From IMG/VR virus record IMGVR_UViG_3300007171_000004, positions 128,001-192,000 of that record: a stretch of 64,000 bases of DNA, one strand, 5' to 3'. The number at the start of each line of letters is the position of its first letter. Position 1 is the first letter of the stretch. Position numbers and translations under genes: made by a program. Source of the DNA: a virus. Lineage: Duplodnaviria > Caudoviricetes. Positions 59,409 through 64,000 of the stretch are shown here, in pieces. The notes beneath the pieces are model-generated. The model saw only the letters and a list, made by a program, of their open reading frames with translations. It had not been told where the DNA came from and did no database searches.

Positions 59409-61064
59409 TTAATCCTCAATTTTTGGCATTGTCCAAGTACCCTTAAGGGCACTCTGAATGTCATAAGCTGCACTATTTAAAACAGAGCTTGAAAGTGCAG
59501 GGGTTGTCGAGATACCGTTTGTAGAAGCTGTTCTAACAGACATCTTCTCGGCAGCTGCTGCAGCAACTCTCTCAGCACTGGACTGAGCAGACTTGAGCAG
59601 AAGTTTGGTTTGTCTGATCATAGCGTCAGACTTAAGATTATCGTTGATCATTTGCTCTGCATATGCATCAACTTCTTCATTGGAAATAATTCCAGCAATT
59701 GCAAGCTTGGAAGCACAGGAATAAGAAGTCTTAACTCTAGCCATATCAACAGAAGATGCATTAGTACTAAGTTGATTTTGAACATTTTGTAATTGGTCTT
59801 TTACTAGATCAACTTCTTTTTTATTTTCAATCGCAGCATCACCATCAATGGTTTGAGCTTCAACTGCATCATCCTTCTTGTCATCCTTTTCAGCGGACTT
59901 GCAATACTTGCAATCAGCATCTGCTTCAATACACTTGTCGCAAACTGCCATCTTGGTGCTGCATTGTGCACACTTTACAGCATGAACTTCTACATCCTTA
60001 CCAGCAGTCTTTTCGGACTTTGTATATCCACAGCATTCACAGGTCTTGCCCTTGGATGCAACAGTTGTCTTATGCTTCATAGGCATATCAGTTGGAACTG
60101 CAAACATTTCCATCTTTTCTCCGCCAGCGGAAGGAACTTCTTCCACGCATTCCCAGTCAACTGTGACTTCAAGTTCACCATTGCCACCCTCAAGCTTAAT
60201 TGCTTCAACAGCACTTGGGGTTTGCAAACAATCTGGATTATTTGTTGGAACCTTAGTCTTAACAAAAGTTGGGTTCTCATTCTTAAGGGAATTTTCACCA
60301 TCCAACTTCATTACTGGATAGTCGGTCTCACCCTTATTACCTGCCTTGGTCTTAACGCCTTCAGCCGATGGGTATACTTCTTCTTCTGAAGCAATCTTCT
60401 TCAAAATATTTTCTCTATACGCACGACGTTCAGCTAAGGTTTGCTTCGTCATTTTATTTACCTCATGTGATAATTTGTGCATGGCACTTTCTGTGTCCTC
60501 GTCAGAATCCATATCATCTTCCGAATCCATATCTTCTTCAAAGTCAATTTCAGAATCTTCCCCAAGAACCGATTGAAGCGCCTCATGCACAGCTTGTTGT
60601 GCGGCTTCTAGCTTGTCAGCGGGAACTTCGATTTCAAATGTTGCTACATCATCATCTTCATCTTCTACTTCGTCTTCGTCATCAAATAAATCTACATCAT
60701 CATCGTCTGACATGTCATCATCTTCCATGTCTTCGTCGTCTTCCATGTCATCGTCCATGTCATGATCTTCATCATCCATGTCTTCATCCATGTCTTCGTC
60801 TTTTTCGTCTGCGAAGTCAACAGTTTCTGATTCCTCATCAAGATTAAAAAATTTGCTATCATCAATACCAGCTTCTCTTGCGATAACTGGTAAATATTTA
60901 GCTCTAATTGCACTAGCTACAACTCTTGCTTCATCACTGTCTAAAGAAGCGAATTTTTGCATATCAGATACACAAATTTCCATGTCTTCTCTATCAGTTT
61001 CTTGAATTTCAGCAATCTTCATAGCAGCTAATCTTGATTGAGTAATTTGTTCATTTTTATCCAT
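59409..61064 (-). CDS. Acidic capsid scaffold/prohead core protein with four CxxC motifs
   Basis: Asp/Glu/Met tract, CECC, CAQC, CDKC, CKYC, helical C-terminus; upstream of decoration and MCP genes. Confidence 0.6.
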   Translation of the reverse strand: MDKNEQITQSRLAAMKIAEIQETDREDMEICVSDMQKFASLDSDEARVVASAIRAKYLPVIAREAGIDDSKFFNLDEESETVDFADEKDEDMDEDMDDEDHDMDDDMEDDEDMEDDDMSDDDDVDLFDDEDEVEDEDDDVATFEIEVPADKLEAAQQAVHEALQSVLGEDSEIDFEEDMDSEDDMDSDEDTESAMHKLSHEVNKMTKQTLAERRAYRENILKKIASEEEVYPSAEGVKTKAGNKGETDYPVMKLDGENSLKNENPTFVKTKVPTNNPDCLQTPSAVEAIKLEGGNGELEVTVDWECVEEVPSAGGEKMEMFAVPTDMPMKHKTTVASKGKTCECCGYTKSEKTAGKDVEVHAVKCAQCSTKMAVCDKCIEADADCKYCKSAEKDDKKDDAVEAQTIDGDAAIENKKEVDLVKDQLQNVQNQLSTNASSVDMARVKTSYSCASKLAIAGIISNEEVDAYAEQMINDNLKSDAMIRQTKLLLKSAQSSAERVAAAAAEKMSVRTASTNGISTTPALSSSVLNSAAYDIQSALKGTWTMPKIED

Positions 61065-61164
61065 CTGTTGCTGCTTCCCTTATAATTTTTACCTAAAGTT
61101 TAAGGTATCTTTTTTGGTATTCTAAGATAACAATAAAATATCCTGCTATTATTGCAAGTTATAC

Positions 61165-61196
61165 AAAAAACAGGGTAGAAAATCTACCCTGTTTTT
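61165..61196 (-). terminator. Rho-independent terminator
   Basis: Stem AAAAACAGGGTAGA / TCTACCCTGTTTTT with short loop; T-runs on both strands. Confidence 0.85.
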
Positions 61197-61216
61197 ATTT
61201 TGTTGTTATTTTAAAA

Positions 61217-64000
61217 TTAGTCGATCCAAGTGATAGTTACATCAAGCTTTGAAGGATCTTTCTTATTTGCAGTAACTGTAGTTCTAGACATAGTTCCACA
61301 TTTACCGCAGAATGTTGAATTTTTGACCTTATTTGCATGTCTATTTCCACATGCTGGGCAGATCATACCAACTGGCAATCTTGCTTCCTTAGTTCTATCA
61401 AAATCTGCAGAAGCAGCTCTTAAATAAGGATCTGGATCAACTGTTGCGGATAATCTGAACATGCCTCTTGCAGCAGCCATTGGCATAGCAGGTGCAGGAG
61501 CAGCTGGCATACCAGGAGCAGCTGGAGCAGGTGCAGTTGCTGCGCCTAATCCCATATCAGGTCCTAAGCCAAGATCACCAGCTGGAGCTTCTGCTGGTGC
61601 TTCAGGTGCTTCTTCTCCACCTTTGCCATCACCAGTTGAAAGAAGTTCAATTGTTTGTGTGATCTTATATCTTGCACCACATGTCTTACACTTTGCATCA
61701 TCAAGAACATCAATATCTACATTCTTAGATCCGCAAACAAGACAGATAGATCCCCATGGAGCTTTTTCACCAGTAGATGTATCATCCGCAGGTGCTTCAT
61801 CATCTGCCATATCATCAGCAGTCATTGCGGAGAGACCTAAATCACCACCACCAAGATTGCCCATATCCATTCCAGCGTTAGCATCTACAGGACCAGGGGC
61901 AGGAGATTGAGGAGCAGGAGCGCCCATTCCAGCCATCTGTGCATATCTCTCAAGAAGCTTAGAGCGTAAAGACTTAGCAGCTACGACAGCATTTTCAGTC
62001 ATAATTACAGGAACGTCTTCGCCATTAAGCTCTGTACCTTCTACTGCATCTTCAGACACTGTATCTACATCATCTGCCTTAAATGTTTTAGTTGTTCTTG
62101 AGGAAACAGTTGCGGTAATATCTCCATTTTCGGTAACAGAGAGATCAGTGAAAGCAAATGTTCCTGGATCTACTGTAAAGCCCTTAGATTGTAAAACTTC
62201 AATTGCTTTGTTCTTAAATGCTTCTTCAAAATTATCATCAGAAGGCTTAATTCCACCAAGATCTTCAACGCAGCAATAGAATCTTACACTTTCAAACTTC
62301 TCTTGTGTAATGTTCATAGCAGCTGTCTTTTCTGCATTTTGTTGAGCAGTGATAGCCTTAGAAATAAGCTTCTCAGCAACAGCAGGTTCTTCAACAAGTT
62401 TCTTAGCAGCTCTTACAAGGGCAGAAGTCTTGATATTATAATTTTCAGAATAGTCAGCGAACCATCCCATTAAATTTTGTGTAATAGTCTGTTTGGATGC
62501 AAATCTTTGTCCCCAGAATTGTCTTCTAGCTCTTGTCTTTGCTCTAGCCTCGGAAACGGATGCAGTCTTAGCATGATTAATATGAGCTTTCATTACATTC
62601 TCATCCATGCCAGCAACTTCATCAACAATCTCATCAGGTGTTGCGCCGGTATCCTTAGCTGCAGTTCCCATAGAGGCGAGTGCAACTTGGAGATCTTCCT
62701 TAGAAATTAATTCATCATCTTCGGAAACAGCGTTGGAGAGTGCAGCCTTAAGTTCTTCGGCTCTAGATGGAGAAGCGTTCATGCCATCTACAGCAGCATC
62801 TTGAATGTCGGCCATAAGAAGCTCTGCGAATCTTGTAACACCTTCCTTGGTAATTTCACCTTCAGATACAGCAACCTTGAGAGCTTCTGATAAATCTGCA
62901 GCAGTGATAGAACCTTGAGAAACAGCATCACCGAGTTCTTCAAGAATAGCTGTTGTGGAAGATTTTGGTTCCTTTTCTTCCTTAAAGAAATCAGATCTTG
63001 CATCTTCCTTAGCTCTTACATCAGATCCAAGAGCAGAAGTTTCTACCATTTCAGGAAGTTGTGGTTCTTCAGCTAATTTACCAGCTGAATCCATAATTTC
63101 ATCAGGTGTAACCATAGCAGCAACAACAGCCTTAGCAAGAGCCTTAACTGCGGTAACCATAACTGTTTCAGCATCTGCGGAGCCATGAGTTCTACATTTG
63201 GACAATCTTTCTTCAAGAGTTCCATCAAGAACACCCTTATTAACCTTAGCGACTAATTCCGAAAGAGTTTCCTTAACTTCTTCGTCCTTAACCTTATTAG
63301 CATAAAGTCCAGCGTCTGCCAATTGCTTTTCGAGAACTTCAATATTTGCTTCAGATCTACCACTATAGTAAGATCCTGCTAATTCTTCTTCTCTGATTTT
63401 ATCGCCTGATGGGTTTTTTCTTGCGTACTCAGCAGCGTTAGCACCACCGAGTTCTTCATTCATAGCTTTATATTCTTTGTTAGTTCTAAGCTTCTCTAAT
63501 TCAACTTCCTTAACACTTCTGTCTGTAGTTGTTTCAAGCAAGGCAGTCTTAACAAATTTATTTAAGTCTTTAAGTAATTCAGAAGCAACCTTAGTGCCTT
63601 GTCCAGATTCCATCATTACTAGAGCATTCTCAGTAAGTACTGGTTCCCAATCAATTTTAACATTGTTATGATAGCCAGAAATTGAACCATCTGTTGACAA
63701 AACAACTCTATTTCCAGCCCCATCTTCAACTTTAAAATCAATGGTGACGGCGGATGCTGTTCTTTTACGTTGTTCAGACGCAATTTTAGCAAAATGATCC
63801 ATTTGATTTTTTCCCTCCGCCCTGTCATATAGGGGCGCATTTGTTTTTATATTTGTATTGCGTCCAGATGCAGATCTAATGACGCTATTAGTTGCCTCTT
63901 TAATTAACTCATCATTAACTAAAGAAGACTTGAAAGATAAAATGCCTTCAGCTAATCTTTCAAACTTCGATTTTCTAGTATTATTTGTACTAGCAAAAAC
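61217..64000 (-). CDS. Large prohead core/assembly protein, 5'-truncated (frame open to window end; possible internal start at 63802); C-terminal Zn ribbons
   Basis: Hand translation shows 66 more stop-free codons upstream of ATG 63802 (VFASTNNTRKSKFERLAEG..EGKNQ-MDHF); Ala/Glu-rich helices, Pro/Ala linkers, CLVC, CKTC, CPAC, CGKC. Confidence 0.7.
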   Translation of the reverse strand, partial: VFASTNNTRKSKFERLAEGILSFKSSLVNDELIKEATNSVIRSASGRNTNIKTNAPLYDRAEGKNQMDHFAKIASEQRKRTASAVTIDFKVEDGAGNRVVLSTDGSISGYHNNVKIDWEPVLTENALVMMESGQGTKVASELLKDLNKFVKTALLETTTDRSVKEVELEKLRTNKEYKAMNEELGGANAAEYARKNPSGDKIREEELAGSYYSGRSEANIEVLEKQLADAGLYANKVKDEEVKETLSELVAKVNKGVLDGTLEERLSKCRTHGSADAETVMVTAVKALAKAVVAAMVTPDEIMDSAGKLAEEPQLPEMVETSALGSDVRAKEDARSDFFKEEKEPKSSTTAILEELGDAVSQGSITAADLSEALKVAVSEGEITKEGVTRFAELLMADIQDAAVDGMNASPSRAEELKAALSNAVSEDDELISKEDLQVALASMGTAAKDTGATPDEIVDEVAGMDENVMKAHINHAKTASVSEARAKTRARRQFWGQRFASKQTITQNLMGWFADYSENYNIKTSALVRAAKKLVEEPAVAEKLISKAITAQQNAEKTAAMNITQEKFESVRFYCCVEDLGGIKPSDDNFEEAFKNKAIEVLQSKGFTVDPGTFAFTDLSVTENGDITATVSSRTTKTFKADDVDTVSEDAVEGTELNGEDVPVIMTENAVVAAKSLRSKLLERYAQMAGMGAPAPQSPAPGPVDANAGMDMGNLGGGDLGLSAMTADDMADDEAPADDTSTGEKAPWGSICLVCGSKNVDIDVLDDAKCKTCGARYKITQTIELLSTGDGKGGEEAPEAPAEAPAGDLGLGPDMGLGAATAPAPAAPGMPAAPAPAMPMAAARGMFRLSATVDPDPYLRAASADFDRTKEARLPVGMICPACGNRHANKVKNSTFCGKCGTMSRTTVTANKKDPSKLDVTITWID

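Noticed and set aside
60640-60820. Short tandem repeats (CATGTCTTCGTC-like) as a microsatellite or contingency locus
   Set aside because: They encode the Asp/Glu/Met tract of the scaffold, are degenerate and stay in frame.
59610-63671. Many 60-180 aa plus-strand and alternate-frame ORFs over the scaffold and core genes
   Set aside because: Fully nested in long coding genes, with Ser-rich translations that mirror Asp/Glu codons.
1-64000. Stop-codon reassignment, extracellular contractile injection system, or eukaryotic virus origin
   Set aside because: ORFs are long under the standard code and the capsid gene ends in TAG before a terminator; capsid, decoration and neck genes with SD sites and Rho-independent terminators indicate a prokaryotic tailed virus.
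1-64000. tRNA/ncRNA genes, introns, inteins, homing endonucleases, integrase, terminase, portal
   Set aside because: None recognised by eye; intergenic gaps are short and AT-rich. tRNAscan-SE, Infernal and HMM searches would be needed to exclude them.

Overview
AT-rich (about 30% GC) segment of a large tailed dsDNA phage genome (Caudoviricetes, HK97 lineage), almost entirely virion morphogenesis genes, standard genetic code, tightly coupled (many TAATG/ATGA overlaps). Three blocks. (1) Minus strand 1-36817: very large tail fibre/baseplate proteins, a hub-like protein, a 2231-aa Asn-rich repeat protein, a helical protein and a small Zn-ribbon protein. (2) Plus strand 36870-56921: neck/head-tail adaptors, tail terminator, two tail-tube-like paralogues and two chaperone-like genes, interrupted by a low-GC cassette (three glycosyltransferase-like genes, an Rnl1-type RNA ligase), an AT-rich repeat region and a catalytically dead PHP protein. 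(3) Minus strand 56914-64000: small head-associated genes, a 284-aa HK97-fold major capsid protein, decoration protein, acidic scaffold and a large prohead core protein running off the window. No tRNA, rRNA, CRISPR array, integrase, reverse transcriptase or sheath gene was recognised. The best leads are the Asn-rich protein, whose 19 L-x-T-E-x-Y motifs are spaced at near-multiples of about 40 aa (a possible non-canonical tape measure), the TTGTACAA palindrome at both divergent junctions flanking the apparently inverted 20.7-kb block, and a possible virion-glycosylation cassette. All family assignments are by-eye motif recognition; no database search was run.
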